The position numbers and the translations under genes were made by a program. Positions 9,697-20,100 of a stretch of 64,000 nucleotides of DNA are shown piece by piece (position 1 is the first letter of the stretch; the number at the start of each line of letters is the position of its first letter). The stretch comes from a virus (taxonomy: Duplodnaviria > Caudoviricetes). The stretch lies in the IMG/VR virus record IMGVR_UViG_3300029288_000084, positions 88,933 to 152,932 of that record. One strand, written 5' to 3'. Below the pieces are notes generated by a model. It ran no database searches. It was not told where the DNA came from and was given only the letters and a program-made list of their open reading frames with translations.

Positions 9697-10185
9697 TCAA
9701 CATTGTGGAGCAACTTCTAGTTCTTCAACTATTTCTTCTTCTTCTTCTTTTTCTTCTCTTTCTTGAAGATCATTCACAATCCAAGGAAGTAAATCTGATA
9801 TTTCATCAATAGAAAATTTTTCATTTTCATTTTTACTTTTTGTTAGATCTGAAAGATAGAGTTTGAAATTGTAGAGATCAATTTCATCATCTTCAAATGC
9901 TTCATTTAGTTTACGAAATTGTTCTTCATTTTCTTTTTTGATTTTTCTATCACCGCGAGGATTATCGATCATTTGATCAGGATTTTTTGGATCTTTAATT
10001 TGAGCTACTTCACCTAGTTTAAAAAACCATTCTTTACGCAAATCCTTATAATCCTCAATCTTTCGTTTTATTTGTCTTATTGCATTAGCTGCACCATATA
10101 TTGATTTCGGATTCAAGGTTGTTGAGCTAGCAATTTTTTGAAATGCCTTTTGTAAGGCAATTAATTCCTTTATCTTTACTTTCAT
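9697..10185 (-). CDS. Hypothetical helical protein, paralog of 11422-12033
   Basis: Shared YxA..A..QI, LG..V...DP..P...I, Y.FK..LSDL and WIV.D blocks. Confidence 0.65.
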   Translation of the reverse strand: MKVKIKELIALQKAFQKIASSTTLNPKSIYGAANAIRQIKRKIEDYKDLRKEWFFKLGEVAQIKDPKNPDQMIDNPRGDRKIKKENEEQFRKLNEAFEDDEIDLYNFKLYLSDLTKSKNENEKFSIDEISDLLPWIVNDLQEREEKEEEEEIVEELEVAPQC

Positions 10186-10186
10186 C

Positions 10187-10450
10187 TTAATCCTCCAATT
10201 TTTTTAAACATTGTACAGGAAAATACATTTCTTGTAATTCATTTTCAACGTACCATTGACAACAAGCTTTTAAACATTTCAATCTGACATTATTTCCATC
10301 TAGTTCTAAACAGAATTTTGAAATTACCATTTTAGGTCCACCAGAATTCAATATAACAGAATCTCCAACATTAAATTTTGCAAAATCAAATATTTCTGCA
10401 AATGGTATTTGACAATATTCTTCTTCGGGTAATGTTTTCATGTAATTCAT
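10187..10450 (-). CDS. YodC/DUF2158-like protein
   Basis: FNVGDSVILNSGGPKM...C.W...F....L. Confidence 0.8.
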   Translation of the reverse strand: MNYMKTLPEEEYCQIPFAEIFDFAKFNVGDSVILNSGGPKMVISKFCLELDGNNVRLKCLKACCQWYVENELQEMYFPVQCLKKLED

Positions 10451-10633
10451 TTTTTATCCTCCTGTAGTAACTGGCCCTCTTGCTTAGTAGATGTATCGTT
10501 TTTTAATTTCTCACCAATTTTTTTTAACTCTTCTACTTTTTGTTGAAGCGCTTTGATTTCTTTGATATTCCTATCAATCTTTCTCTCATTCCACTCAATT
10601 TCTTTTTCAATAAATTCTTGCATTTTACCCCCT

Positions 10634-10900
10634 TTATGAAATTTTTCCAAGAGTTTTTAAAATTCTATTGCGCAAGTATTCCGCATCATTCATTGATTGT
10701 TTTAATTGTTCAAATACTTTTTCACAATCCTTTATTTCATTTCGAATTCTGTTAATGTTTAAAATCTTTTCTGAATCTAGCGGATGATAATTGAAATAAC
10801 CAAAACGTTTAGCTTTACATAATTCCTTTATCAATTCAGAACATTCTTCTATAACACGATCATTCAAATTTCCTGTAGTTTCATATTTTGGATCGCTCAT
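10634..10900 (-). CDS. MazG-like NTP pyrophosphohydrolase
   Basis: EECSELI...K..RFG and EI.D motifs. Confidence 0.65.
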   Translation of the reverse strand: MSDPKYETTGNLNDRVIEECSELIKELCKAKRFGYFNYHPLDSEKILNINRIRNEIKDCEKVFEQLKQSMNDAEYLRNRILKTLGKIS

Positions 10901-11271
10901 TTGTATTGACCTTCGTTAAATTTTTCTAGTATATATTCTCGTGAATAGCCTAATTTGTAACCTAAATAAATTCTAGTTACAAATAAATTTTTTGTATATT
11001 CTTCTTTGCTTCCCATTTGCCATTGCTTTATGTATGCGCGCAATTCACATTTGAATCTATAATATTTCCAAAATTTATACAAATACTTATGGATTAAAAA
11101 TCCTCTCCACCAAAATTGTTTTACATGTTCATATTCATGAGCAAGTAAACCAATATCATTTTTATAATCTTTTCTGATTTTTATAAAGAAACCATAAGAT
11201 GCACCATGAGTAGAATAATATTTTCCAATCTTATTGACATAAAATACCGGAATGATTCCAATCCATTTCAT
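10897..11271 (-). CDS. HExxH metallopeptidase-like protein (start probably MKWIG)
   Basis: LLAHEYEHVKQ and E.RAY..Q. Confidence 0.65.
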   Translation of the reverse strand: MKWIGIIPVFYVNKIGKYYSTHGASYGFFIKIRKDYKNDIGLLAHEYEHVKQFWWRGFLIHKYLYKFWKYYRFKCELRAYIKQWQMGSKEEYTKNLFVTRIYLGYKLGYSREYILEKFNEGQYK

Positions 11272-11477
11272 GGTTTCCTCGCTAGATGGATAATTGTACA
11301 AACAAAAATACATATAAACATCAAGATAGGAGCAAAAACTACTTCCCATGACATTGTAGGAATATAGTAAAATTTAATAGCAGCTAAAATTATTGTAAAT
11401 ATAGTAAGAATTGATAAAATACTAACTAGCTTTTGATTCATTGGAATCATCAACAATCCAATGTTGTAAATTGCCAA
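11268..11477 (-). CDS. Small membrane protein
   Basis: Two hydrophobic stretches, SW..VFAP motif. Confidence 0.5.
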   Translation of the reverse strand: MAIYNIGLLMIPMNQKLVSILSILTIFTIILAAIKFYYIPTMSWEVVFAPILMFICIFVCTIIHLARKP

Positions 11478-12033
11478 AATCTAGAACGGCAAATTGAGAA
11501 TTATTTTTCAAAGATTCTACTTTTTCATTCATGCTAGAAGTAATTTTCATAATTTCTTTGCATAGAAGTTCTAACTTAGCCCTTATAAAATCATCCTTTG
11601 GAGTTTTTTCAAACTCTTTCATTGCTGCAATTAGACCGTCAACTTTTTCATCGAATGTTTTTGCAAATTCTTTCAAATAAACAAAATCAGATTTCAGATC
11701 AGAAAGATTGATTTTGAAATCATAAATATCTCCAACATCTTCATCTAACAATGCATTGTATTTTTCATTGTATTTGTCCATGTTTTCAGGAATGATTTCT
11801 TTTCTTCCTTCACGATCTTGGATCTTTTTTGTTGGATCTGCAGGATCAGGAACCATAACAAATTGACCCAATTCATTATACAATGCAGTGTTTTTCTTAT
11901 TATGAGCATCCATGAAATCTTGAATTTGCTTCAAAGCTTTTCCGGCTGCATACATTACCTTAATAGGTAAATTGTGTGAATTTGCTAACTTGTTGATACT
12001 GTCTCGAATCGATAAAATCTCTCGTAATGTCAT
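11422..12033 (-). CDS. Hypothetical helical protein, paralog of 9697-10185
   Basis: See paralog; GGAGG SD. Confidence 0.65.
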   Translation of the reverse strand: MTLREILSIRDSINKLANSHNLPIKVMYAAGKALKQIQDFMDAHNKKNTALYNELGQFVMVPDPADPTKKIQDREGRKEIIPENMDKYNEKYNALLDEDVGDIYDFKINLSDLKSDFVYLKEFAKTFDEKVDGLIAAMKEFEKTPKDDFIRAKLELLCKEIMKITSSMNEKVESLKNNSQFAVLDFGNLQHWIVDDSNESKAS

Positions 12034-12057
12034 CTTAAACCTCCATTTAATTTTTAT

Positions 12058-12495
12058 TTAATTTATATATTTCCATTGTTTATTATTTTTAATAAAAGAT
12101 ATTAAAGATTGACTTACATTAAATTTAGAAGCAATTAATTGTTGAGTTAAAGAACTCTTTTTAATTTCTTTTATCTCATCTTTAGTTAATTTTCTTCCTT
12201 GTCTACTCTTTTTAACCATATCTTGCATATTATCTCGATGTGTTCCTAAAAATAAATGATTTGGATTAACACAAAGTGGATTATCACATTTATGTAAAAC
12301 ACAGAGATCTGTTGGAATTTGCTCTATAAAAATTTCATATGAAACACGATGGGCTAATTTCATTTTATAGTTTATGCCAAATGCTCCATAACCATTTTTT
12401 TTAAATTTAGCACCAGTCCATCCCCAACAATCATTTGAAGAAGTTTGTATAAATTTTTTTAAAAAATTACTTTTTTGTTTGTCTGTTAATATCAT
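12058..12495 (-). mobile_element. HNH homing endonuclease with C-terminal HTH
   Basis: CWGWTG, AHRVSY, VLHKCDNPLCVNPNHLFLGTHRDNMQD, QQLIASKFNVSQS. Confidence 0.9.
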
Positions 12496-12501
12496 ATTTT
12501 T

Positions 12502-12532
12502 ATTATATATTATTTTAAATTCTTATTTAGTA
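12502..12532 (-). promoter_or_regulatory. TACTAAA-N18-TATAAT promoter
   Basis: Same motif and spacing at five intergenic sites. Confidence 0.65.
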
Positions 12533-12595
12533 AATTAATCACTATATTTCATAAAATCCTAATTTTATTGTTTTATTTAATTTCTTCATATAATA

Positions 12596-12603
12596 TATTT
12601 ATA
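12596..12603 (-). promoter_or_regulatory. T4-type late promoter TATAAATA
   Basis: Exact match, intergenic. Confidence 0.6.
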
Positions 12604-12618
12604 AAAGAAGGGTTAAAT

Positions 12619-13008
12619 TTACAATATTACTTTAGAAAAAATATTTTCATACGATTGAGAAAACCATATTGTTCTACAACCTAAATTTCGTAAAAATACC
12701 GTACAACAATGACAAGGTTTAGAAATTTTCAATTCACCTTTTGAATTTAAACGAATATTGATCACTTCAAAACTTTCTTTATGTAATAATCCCTTTGCCT
12801 TTTTATATGCTTGAGTTTCAGAGTGAATCATTTGGTGATTCTTGTAGCCAAGGTACATTATCGGGGGTCCAGAACGATTTGTTGCCCATTCAATTAATTG
12901 ATTTTTTTGAATTATGAAGGAATAGTGTTTATAACCATCAGCTCGTGAATGTTTTGGCAAATAATGTCGAGCTATTGTTAAACAAGTTTCAAGCAGTTTA
13001 TTAGTCAC
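12619..13008 (-). CDS. Zinc-dependent cytidine/dCMP deaminase-fold protein
   Basis: HSE and SKPCxxC motifs. Confidence 0.7.
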   Translation of the reverse strand: MTNKLLETCLTIARHYLPKHSRADGYKHYSFIIQKNQLIEWATNRSGPPIMYLGYKNHQMIHSETQAYKKAKGLLHKESFEVINIRLNSKGELKISKPCHCCTVFLRNLGCRTIWFSQSYENIFSKVIL

Positions 13009-13336
13009 TAGATTTTCTTCCAGTTATAAGTTCTCTATTTAGATCTGCTGTTATATTATCAATTAACCTTTCTGTAATTTCTTTTAATTGTTCTTCGCTA
13101 ATACCCATTTTTTCAAAATCCCAAGGTTTTAATTTTATTTCTATTTTATTATTAGTAAGAATTTTTACTGTTTTACCTATTTTTGATTGTTTAAAAGGGA
13201 CAAAAAGTTTTGTATCATATTTTCTAAGATTTTTATTTGTTAATGATTCATCGATATAAGTGGTAAAATAGGGGTTGATATACAGAGACTCTTTTTCTTT
13301 TTTATGAAATAGCCCACGAAAGAATTTTTTAAACAT
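13001..13336 (-). CDS. Hypothetical protein
   Basis: Coupled ORF. Confidence 0.5.
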   Translation of the reverse strand: MFKKFFRGLFHKKEKESLYINPYFTTYIDESLTNKNLRKYDTKLFVPFKQSKIGKTVKILTNNKIEIKLKPWDFEKMGISEEQLKEITERLIDNITADLNRELITGRKSSD

Positions 13337-13530
13337 TATACTATTTTTGAAATTGATTCTAGAGATTCAAAAACATCTTTTCCACAATTCGCACCAATTT
13401 TTTGAATGTCTAGTTTTTCCTCTTGTTCTTTTGTTAATTCAATTTCAACGGCTCTTCTTGTTATTCCAGAAGTTGTATTTAGAAATATCATTTGTGCATC
13501 GCGATTACTAAAAATAAAAAGTAATTTCAT
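13336..13530 (-). CDS. Hypothetical protein
   Basis: Coupled ORF. Confidence 0.5.
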   Translation of the reverse strand: MKLLFIFSNRDAQMIFLNTTSGITRRAVEIELTKEQEEKLDIQKIGANCGKDVFESLESISKIV

Positions 13531-13781
13531 TTCTTTTTATAATCGCGAATGATGCGCCATTTTCTAAATAGATGAGTTTTTTTAACTATTTCCATATCGA
13601 TTTTTGCATCTTTCTTTTTTTTGTGCTTTTGTGAAATAGTAGTCCAAACAACCTGTCTTCCAGCTAAAACATAACAATCATACATTTCATGCTCTGGTAG
13701 ATACATGAATTGAATAATGTACATGTAGTGGAAAAGATAATTGTAAACATTACAAAAAAAGTTGATAATTTTTTTGATCAT
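13527..13781 (-). CDS. Hypothetical protein
   Basis: Coupled ORF. Confidence 0.5.
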   Translation of the reverse strand: MIKKIINFFCNVYNYLFHYMYIIQFMYLPEHEMYDCYVLAGRQVVWTTISQKHKKKKDAKIDMEIVKKTHLFRKWRIIRDYKKK

Positions 13782-13896
13782 TTTATACTCCTTTTCATTT
13801 TTTTATCCATATAGTAACTACAAAGTGCAAATATCAAACCACAGATATCAAGTGCCAATACAACAGTCCAAAAACCCATTTCTAATGCCCATGTGT

Positions 13897-14208
13897 TCAT
13901 CTTTTCTCCTTTTCAATTATTCTATATTCATATATTCTTTTTAATGCTAACCACTCTCTTTTATGTTTTTCTAATACAACTTGCGCATCTGCTGCTGTTT
14001 TGTATTTTTTTATTGTTTTCCAATTGTTTTTGTCTTTTGGAAATAGTTGATGCATAAAACTTTTTTCCCAATGTTCATCAGCATAGCGATATTGTAAAAT
14101 AAAATTTTTATCTACTTTCCTTTTACTACTAACAGGACAAATTTCTGATTTAGGTTCAATTCTTTTTTGTAAAGCATGTTTTGCAGCTATTTTAGCTCTT
14201 TCTGTCAT
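13897..14208 (-). CDS. Hypothetical protein
   Basis: ORF with SD. Confidence 0.5.
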   Translation of the reverse strand: MTERAKIAAKHALQKRIEPKSEICPVSSKRKVDKNFILQYRYADEHWEKSFMHQLFPKDKNNWKTIKKYKTAADAQVVLEKHKREWLALKRIYEYRIIEKEKR

Positions 14209-14404
14209 CTTTAATCCTCACCATATTGTTTTTTATTGGAAAACGTACAACTCCATTTTTCAATTTGACATGATCTAATGGACAATCTTTATTTTCAACT
14301 GCTATTCCAACACCTTCAACATATTCCAAGTTTTTGTGAGTTATATTACAAGTATTTTCAACTTCTCCTTCGTTTTTACAATAACAAAAATCACAAATTA
14401 TCAT
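14192..14404 (-). CDS. Cys-rich hypothetical protein
   Basis: CDFC..C..CPL. Confidence 0.5.
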   Translation of the reverse strand: MIICDFCYCKNEGEVENTCNITHKNLEYVEGVGIAVENKDCPLDHVKLKNGVVRFPIKNNMVRIKDDRKS

Positions 14405-15504
14405 TCATTATACTCCAAGGAAAATTCAGGATTAATTACTTTGAAACTTAATTCTTTTTGATCTAATACACTGCGGACAACAATGCCCTCCCTCTTTATA
14501 GTAGGATTTATTTTGCTTTGATCCTTGCTATATTCTACTGCTTGTGATACATTCCCCATTACACAAATTAAACCTGTATTTTCACAATCAATAGGTACCA
14601 TTTTAAAACTATATGCAGAACAAAAATCTTTAATATCAGCAAAACAAAAATATTCTTGTCTTGTAATATCATATACATTGTACACATAAAATTCAAGTTC
14701 AGTTTTTTTATATTTATTATCTTGAATTTTAGGACCAATAATTTCACCTTGAATACAAATATCAATGCCAAGATCTTTTCGAGCTTGTTTTAATTTCTTT
14801 TCAATTTTTTCTTTAATAGCAATATTCCAATAATAAGAAGGTCTTATTGTTTTTTGATAACAATTTCGTGTACACACCCCAAAAATCGTATTAAACATAT
14901 TTACTTTTTTAACAAAGTATGTTGCAGATGTTCCATCAATTTTCTCAGTTATGTAAACAGGATAATCATAATTTAACCAATTAGGATGTTTTTGAATTCT
15001 TTCTTCGTCAGTCTTTTTTAGGAAGCTAGGAAATCCGCCCTTCAGTTTTTTATGGAAATATTTTTTATAAATCACATGACGTTTAATATATCTGATGATT
15101 GCCCATTTACTAGATTTTTCTGGTTCTACGTCAACTTGCGGTAAAAGATCTTCATAGTGTTTGATATTAAGAACTTTTGTAACATCAGAACCTTCTTCAC
15201 AATGTACAGTAACTTTCGGAAGAATTGATAATGGACAAACGAGTCCTTGTGAAATTTGTCCACGAAGTTTGATTGTTCTAACTCTGTATTTTCTTTCTTT
15301 CATAAAATCAAAATATGGATTATCTGAAGGTAAAACTGCATCAACTTCAATGTAAATAATCAAATCATTTACTTTGAATTCACCCTTCTTTACAACACAT
15401 TCCCAACCTAATATTTCTGCTACTTCAATCTTATCAGCATTAGGAATAGGTCTAAGATTTTTGATCTTCTGAATTGTGGCTAGAGATTCCCTCATTTGAA
15501 TCAA
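14401..15504 (-). CDS. RNA ligase, Rnl2 / DRB0094-type
   Basis: N-terminal OB domain (PIPNADKIE, KLRGQISQG), motif I EKIDGTS, QGEIIG, REGIV, SFKVIN. Confidence 0.9.
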   Translation of the reverse strand: MIQMRESLATIQKIKNLRPIPNADKIEVAEILGWECVVKKGEFKVNDLIIYIEVDAVLPSDNPYFDFMKERKYRVRTIKLRGQISQGLVCPLSILPKVTVHCEEGSDVTKVLNIKHYEDLLPQVDVEPEKSSKWAIIRYIKRHVIYKKYFHKKLKGGFPSFLKKTDEERIQKHPNWLNYDYPVYITEKIDGTSATYFVKKVNMFNTIFGVCTRNCYQKTIRPSYYWNIAIKEKIEKKLKQARKDLGIDICIQGEIIGPKIQDNKYKKTELEFYVYNVYDITRQEYFCFADIKDFCSAYSFKMVPIDCENTGLICVMGNVSQAVEYSKDQSKINPTIKREGIVVRSVLDQKELSFKVINPEFSLEYNE

Positions 15505-15811
15505 CCTCCTCTATTACATGCATAATTATTTTTTTGATATCTTTATCAATAGATGTCCAGTCTAAACGTTCTTTAAACATTTTTTCATTAAGTTGTTCAT
15601 GTCGACCGTATGCTTTTATTCTTTCCCAACAAATATTTGCAATTTTTTCTCTTTTAGATACTTGAGTCAATTCAAGTATTTTTACACATTTTACATTTTT
15701 TTTAATACAATTGCAATATTCATATTCACAATCAATTATATGATCATGAATTGTTTTGTGATGACATACATCATTATCACATCTATTAGCATATTCACAT
15801 TTACATTTCAT
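15452..15811 (-). CDS. Cys/His-rich hypothetical protein
   Basis: N-terminal C/H cluster; SD and promoter upstream. Confidence 0.55.
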   Translation of the reverse strand: MKCKCEYANRCDNDVCHHKTIHDHIIDCEYEYCNCIKKNVKCVKILELTQVSKREKIANICWERIKAYGRHEQLNEKMFKERLDWTSIDKDIKKIIMHVIEEVDSNEGISSHNSEDQKS

Positions 15812-15835
15812 GACAAACCTCCATTTAACAATTAT

Positions 15836-15866
15836 ATTATAATAAAAAATCAGTTTATATTTAGTA
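15836..15866 (-). promoter_or_regulatory. TACTAAA-N18-TATAAT promoter
   Basis: Conserved motif and spacing. Confidence 0.65.
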
Positions 15867-15871
15867 GAACT

Positions 15872-17245
15872 TTAACATGCCACCCAAAATAAAATTAATA
15901 ATAAAATACCAAAAGCTAACCATCCTTGCCATGTCCATCTTTTAACATCAATGATTCTTTGCCATAGTGTTTTTTTCTTAATTGGCTGGGGTTTAACTGG
16001 ACAAATAGCTCCAGTAGGTTTCCATTTTCCATTTTCACAGATGTGGGTTGTGATTATAGATCCATCCCAACATTTTTCTGTTTTAACTTCACCAATCAGA
16101 CATTCGGGTCTCACATAATATTTTGTCCATTTTCCAAAATTTTCCAATGTTGGTAAATGTTCATGATATGCTTTTGCTATTGCATCAAATACAGCAAGCT
16201 GTTCTTCTTTACAAATATCCCAAGGTGCATCATCAGGTAAATGTTCAATTGCAATGTAAGGATGGTCAATTTCAATCCATGGCCAATTAACAGCATCAGT
16301 CCCTCTCCATGTAACAATCCTTTTTACTAATGCATACCACTGGGCAGCTTTTGGTTTGCCTGCTTGACCCATACAACCATCATCACTTAATTCAATTCCA
16401 ATAGGATGAGTGAACCAATTTTCACCAACATGTTCGAGAACATCTATACCATTAAATGGATAACCCATATGATGAACAACCCGTTTTACTCCAGCATCCC
16501 ATTCTCTGTATTGACGCAAAGGATACCACATAAACAAATTATTTTTAGTAACAAATTTAGGAAATTCTTTAAAGATATCATTATCGTCAAGAGGAATTCT
16601 AGCACAAATTGGCCAACTAAAGATCCAGATCTTTTCTCTATCCATTAGTTGAAGTAACTTGAAACCAAAATATAAACTATTATCACCCATCTCATTACCC
16701 ATACCAAATTTAATATTAAGTCCTTCATTTTTCAATTTGAACCATTCAAGACAATATGCTTCAAAGAATGGGAAAGCGACATCTTCTAATAAACTATGCA
16801 CACCATTGTTATTATTTCTAAATGGATTTTTCTTAATATCATCCTTATCTTTGTCATATTGATAAGCTAAATCAATTTTAATTGCAATACCGGGAGCGTT
16901 TATTCCAGCAGTTTGCGATGGATAATTTGCAATTTCAATCATGCGTTTTACAATTTCCCAATATCTCTTATTCTTTTGACTAAGATCATATACACCAGGA
17001 GAAACTTGAATCCATGGAGTTAGATTGTGTTTATAATCTTTGAATTCAGCATACCAATCAAACCAACAATTCCAGCCCAACCAACGAAACATGTTGACAC
17101 CACGATTAGCCATGTCAACACAATAGTTAAACCAACGTTCTTCATCCAAAACCCAGTCATTCAAAGTGTCAGACCAATTTACAAATTTTTGACTTGGATT
17201 TGTGTGAGGAAAAAAGTCACTTGCCATAATCCACATTTTATCCAT
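15872..17245 (-). CDS. Putative glycoside-hydrolase-like protein with C-terminal membrane anchor
   Basis: GVNMFR, YDLSQ.N..YW, GNE motif, Trp-rich; C-terminal TM. Confidence 0.45.
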   Translation of the reverse strand: MDKMWIMASDFFPHTNPSQKFVNWSDTLNDWVLDEERWFNYCVDMANRGVNMFRWLGWNCWFDWYAEFKDYKHNLTPWIQVSPGVYDLSQKNKRYWEIVKRMIEIANYPSQTAGINAPGIAIKIDLAYQYDKDKDDIKKNPFRNNNNGVHSLLEDVAFPFFEAYCLEWFKLKNEGLNIKFGMGNEMGDNSLYFGFKLLQLMDREKIWIFSWPICARIPLDDNDIFKEFPKFVTKNNLFMWYPLRQYREWDAGVKRVVHHMGYPFNGIDVLEHVGENWFTHPIGIELSDDGCMGQAGKPKAAQWYALVKRIVTWRGTDAVNWPWIEIDHPYIAIEHLPDDAPWDICKEEQLAVFDAIAKAYHEHLPTLENFGKWTKYYVRPECLIGEVKTEKCWDGSIITTHICENGKWKPTGAICPVKPQPIKKKTLWQRIIDVKRWTWQGWLAFGILLLILFWVAC

Positions 17246-17246
17246 T

Positions 17247-17582
17247 TTAAACCTCCCTTAAAATTACATCAGAAATTACAAGAGTTCCAACATCTATTGT
17301 TTTAATAAATGTTCCATCACTTTTGTATAACTTTATTTCACTTTGATATGTTCTAGCTGGTATATCTGTATCTGTATGTAAAAGAGATAAAATACCAATA
17401 CCAGAAGATGGATCATCAATAACAAATTCTTTATTTATTAATGCATCTGTATCTAAATCAGTAAATGTTTTTTTTGCTATAAATTTTAATTTAAGATCAG
17501 TTAAAGGATATACAGCGCCTGATTGTGTTAAATTGACATTTATCGTTTCTGTATTTCCTTTGTAAATTGTAATTTTAATCAT
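17247..17582 (-). CDS. BppU-like baseplate/fibre adaptor
   Basis: Short beta-rich protein: G.T..I.V, D...G...L....T......Y..EI pattern. Confidence 0.55.
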   Translation of the reverse strand: MIKITIYKGNTETINVNLTQSGAVYPLTDLKLKFIAKKTFTDLDTDALINKEFVIDDPSSGIGILSLLHTDTDIPARTYQSEIKLYKSDGTFIKTIDVGTLVISDVILREV

Positions 17583-17592
17583 TTTTTACCTC

Positions 17593-20100
17593 TTATGCAT
17601 GTACTATTTTCAAAACATCATCTGTTCTGTACAAATCCCCAACTGCTAACCCTGCTGTTACCGCAGCGGCATTGTCAGCATATTCCACAATGCCTTGAAT
17701 ATTTGTAACCCCTCCACTTGGAGTTATTTTAAGATTCCCCGCTGAAGATACGGCAAAGTCTGTATAATAGGTTGCCGATCCATCTGCATCGTTGTAAGTC
17801 AGTCTTAGACAGTCGCCCGTTGCGGAGTTAATTTCTAGTTTTTTGTCAGGAGTGGTTGTGCCGATGCCGATATTGCCACTACCAAGAATCGTCATCAATC
17901 TTGTTGTGTAGTTTTGAAACGCAAATGCAGGATCTGTTGCCGCCAATAACCCATAACTTGTTCCTGATTTTTTGCCACTCCAAAATGCAATAACAGGTGA
18001 AGTAGGGGCAGTATGGCCACTTATACCGATAAAGCCAAGAGCCGACATGTTAGCATAATTTCCACACAATCCTCTAAAACTAGCACAACCTCTATCGTTT
18101 ACGCCTTCTTCCATCGAAAAAAATACATTTGTTGGAACAATACTTGTCATTCCATGAGCAAGTCCTGAGTCTGAAAGTCTTAATATTTTGTCGTAGGATC
18201 CCATAATTTCAAGCGATGCTGATGGTGCAATCGTTCCTATTCCGACTTTATCACTTCCATCAATATAAATTGGCGAGTTTGCAATTTTTGTAGCGGATGT
18301 GAATTTTGGAACATATCCGCTTGTACCTGTTGAATTTATTAATCCATTCCATGTAGATCCGTTGTAGTAATATGGTTGATGTAAAGTTGAATCATAAACT
18401 TGTAATCCCTCAATTGGTGCAGATATTGCTGTTCTTTGAGTTGTAGTCATTCTTGGTTCAGCAAAACCTTTTGCAGTAGAAGTTAAATCTAAAATTGCAG
18501 AAGCATCGGGGACGAGTATTCCAATCCCCATCCTATCAGCACTTACATCGCCATCATGAAATTCTACATCTCCACCTGTTACATAAATTGCCTTATTGAT
18601 TGAAGAACCCCAAGTAGGCTTTTCAATGTAGAGTTGATAGAGATTTACAACAGGTAATGCAGTACCATCCATGGTTGGATCAGGAGTATAGTTACATAAT
18701 TTGATATTGTAAGCATTTGTTATACTTGCTGTACCTGTATCGGTAAATTCAGCACCAACTTTAGAACGTATACCATATGCATTTACAATATTAGCTGAAG
18801 TACCATAGTAACTTCTTGCAGATACACAAACATCTAAACCATATGCATTTGTTATAACTGGTGTTTTACTGCCAACTGATAATGCATAAACACTGTCTAG
18901 AAGTCCATAAGAATCAGTTGTAATTCCGCCTCTTGTTTGTGCTTGAGAAGCAATACCTTCTACTTGTTGGGTTGTTCCTTTTGTTACTGCACTTGAATCA
19001 AGTCCTACAACATAGGCTATATTCCCTGTCCCCATCTGATAGGAAGTAAATTTGCCAGAAACAAGAAATGTATGAGGCATAGATAATGAACCAGAATTTA
19101 CAAAATTCTCCACCTGCATATTATAAATACTTCTATCTGTATCTGTTGTAAATGCAGTTCCATCATATTTCAAATAAAATTGTGTTTGTGTACTGTGACT
19201 ATCTTTAGGAATTTGTGAGGCTATTATATTATCACTCACATACACATTCGAATTTAAATATAATTTTTGTGCCGCAGTAGTAGAAGCAAATTCACCATAA
19301 ATCAATGCTTTGGTTCTTGCATCTGCTTCTGAGGCTCTTTGAGTATTGTCTATGAATAATTTATTAGAACCTGTTTCATAATAACCTGCTCGATAACCAA
19401 GAAATATATTTGAAGAACCCGAAATATTATTATACCCCGCATCATGACCTATACCTATATTGGCATTTCCACTAACTAAATATTCTAAAGCATTTGAGCC
19501 AATTCCAATATTATGATGACCACTTTCGATTCTTTGTAATGATGCTATACCAATACCCACATTTCTATACCCAGTATTATTTGTACTTACAAAATTACCC
19601 CAACCTGACGCATAACCCATATAAATATTGTCTTCTGCACTTACATCTAAAGTTGATGGGTCATGACTATTCATCATAATATTATTGCCAACATTAAACC
19701 ATAGTGAATTAAGAGTTAATTTTCCATTTACATTTACGGTACTGCCATCATCACTAATTAATGAATTTCCTAAAACATGACTTCCTGTAAATTTCGGAAT
19801 GTAATTTACAGTTCCAGAACCAGAAATTTTGTTTGTGTGTTCCTCTAATGTTAAATGATAATATTGCTCTGATTGTCCACCCTGTAAATCACTAGATGAA
19901 TTATGTAAACCTATGTTTGAAATATTATTATGTTCTTCTAAAGTTAAATGATAATATTGTGCAGCTTGTCCACCTTGAAGACCAGGATGTAAATTATGGT
20001 TTACAACTGTTCCTGTAGATGCAATAATTGGTGGTGTTGCAACAATCTCGGCATTTATTTGTACTGGACTTGCAACTGTTACATCTATATTTACACTCAT
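17593..20100 (-). CDS. Tail fibre / spike protein
   Basis: Twice LQGGQxxQYYHLTLEEH; G..N.GIG..AL repeats; VGIGT..P...L repeats; PRMTTTQR. Confidence 0.85.
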   Translation of the reverse strand: MSVNIDVTVASPVQINAEIVATPPIIASTGTVVNHNLHPGLQGGQAAQYYHLTLEEHNNISNIGLHNSSSDLQGGQSEQYYHLTLEEHTNKISGSGTVNYIPKFTGSHVLGNSLISDDGSTVNVNGKLTLNSLWFNVGNNIMMNSHDPSTLDVSAEDNIYMGYASGWGNFVSTNNTGYRNVGIGIASLQRIESGHHNIGIGSNALEYLVSGNANIGIGHDAGYNNISGSSNIFLGYRAGYYETGSNKLFIDNTQRASEADARTKALIYGEFASTTAAQKLYLNSNVYVSDNIIASQIPKDSHSTQTQFYLKYDGTAFTTDTDRSIYNMQVENFVNSGSLSMPHTFLVSGKFTSYQMGTGNIAYVVGLDSSAVTKGTTQQVEGIASQAQTRGGITTDSYGLLDSVYALSVGSKTPVITNAYGLDVCVSARSYYGTSANIVNAYGIRSKVGAEFTDTGTASITNAYNIKLCNYTPDPTMDGTALPVVNLYQLYIEKPTWGSSINKAIYVTGGDVEFHDGDVSADRMGIGILVPDASAILDLTSTAKGFAEPRMTTTQRTAISAPIEGLQVYDSTLHQPYYYNGSTWNGLINSTGTSGYVPKFTSATKIANSPIYIDGSDKVGIGTIAPSASLEIMGSYDKILRLSDSGLAHGMTSIVPTNVFFSMEEGVNDRGCASFRGLCGNYANMSALGFIGISGHTAPTSPVIAFWSGKKSGTSYGLLAATDPAFAFQNYTTRLMTILGSGNIGIGTTTPDKKLEINSATGDCLRLTYNDADGSATYYTDFAVSSAGNLKITPSGGVTNIQGIVEYADNAAAVTAGLAVGDLYRTDDVLKIVHA

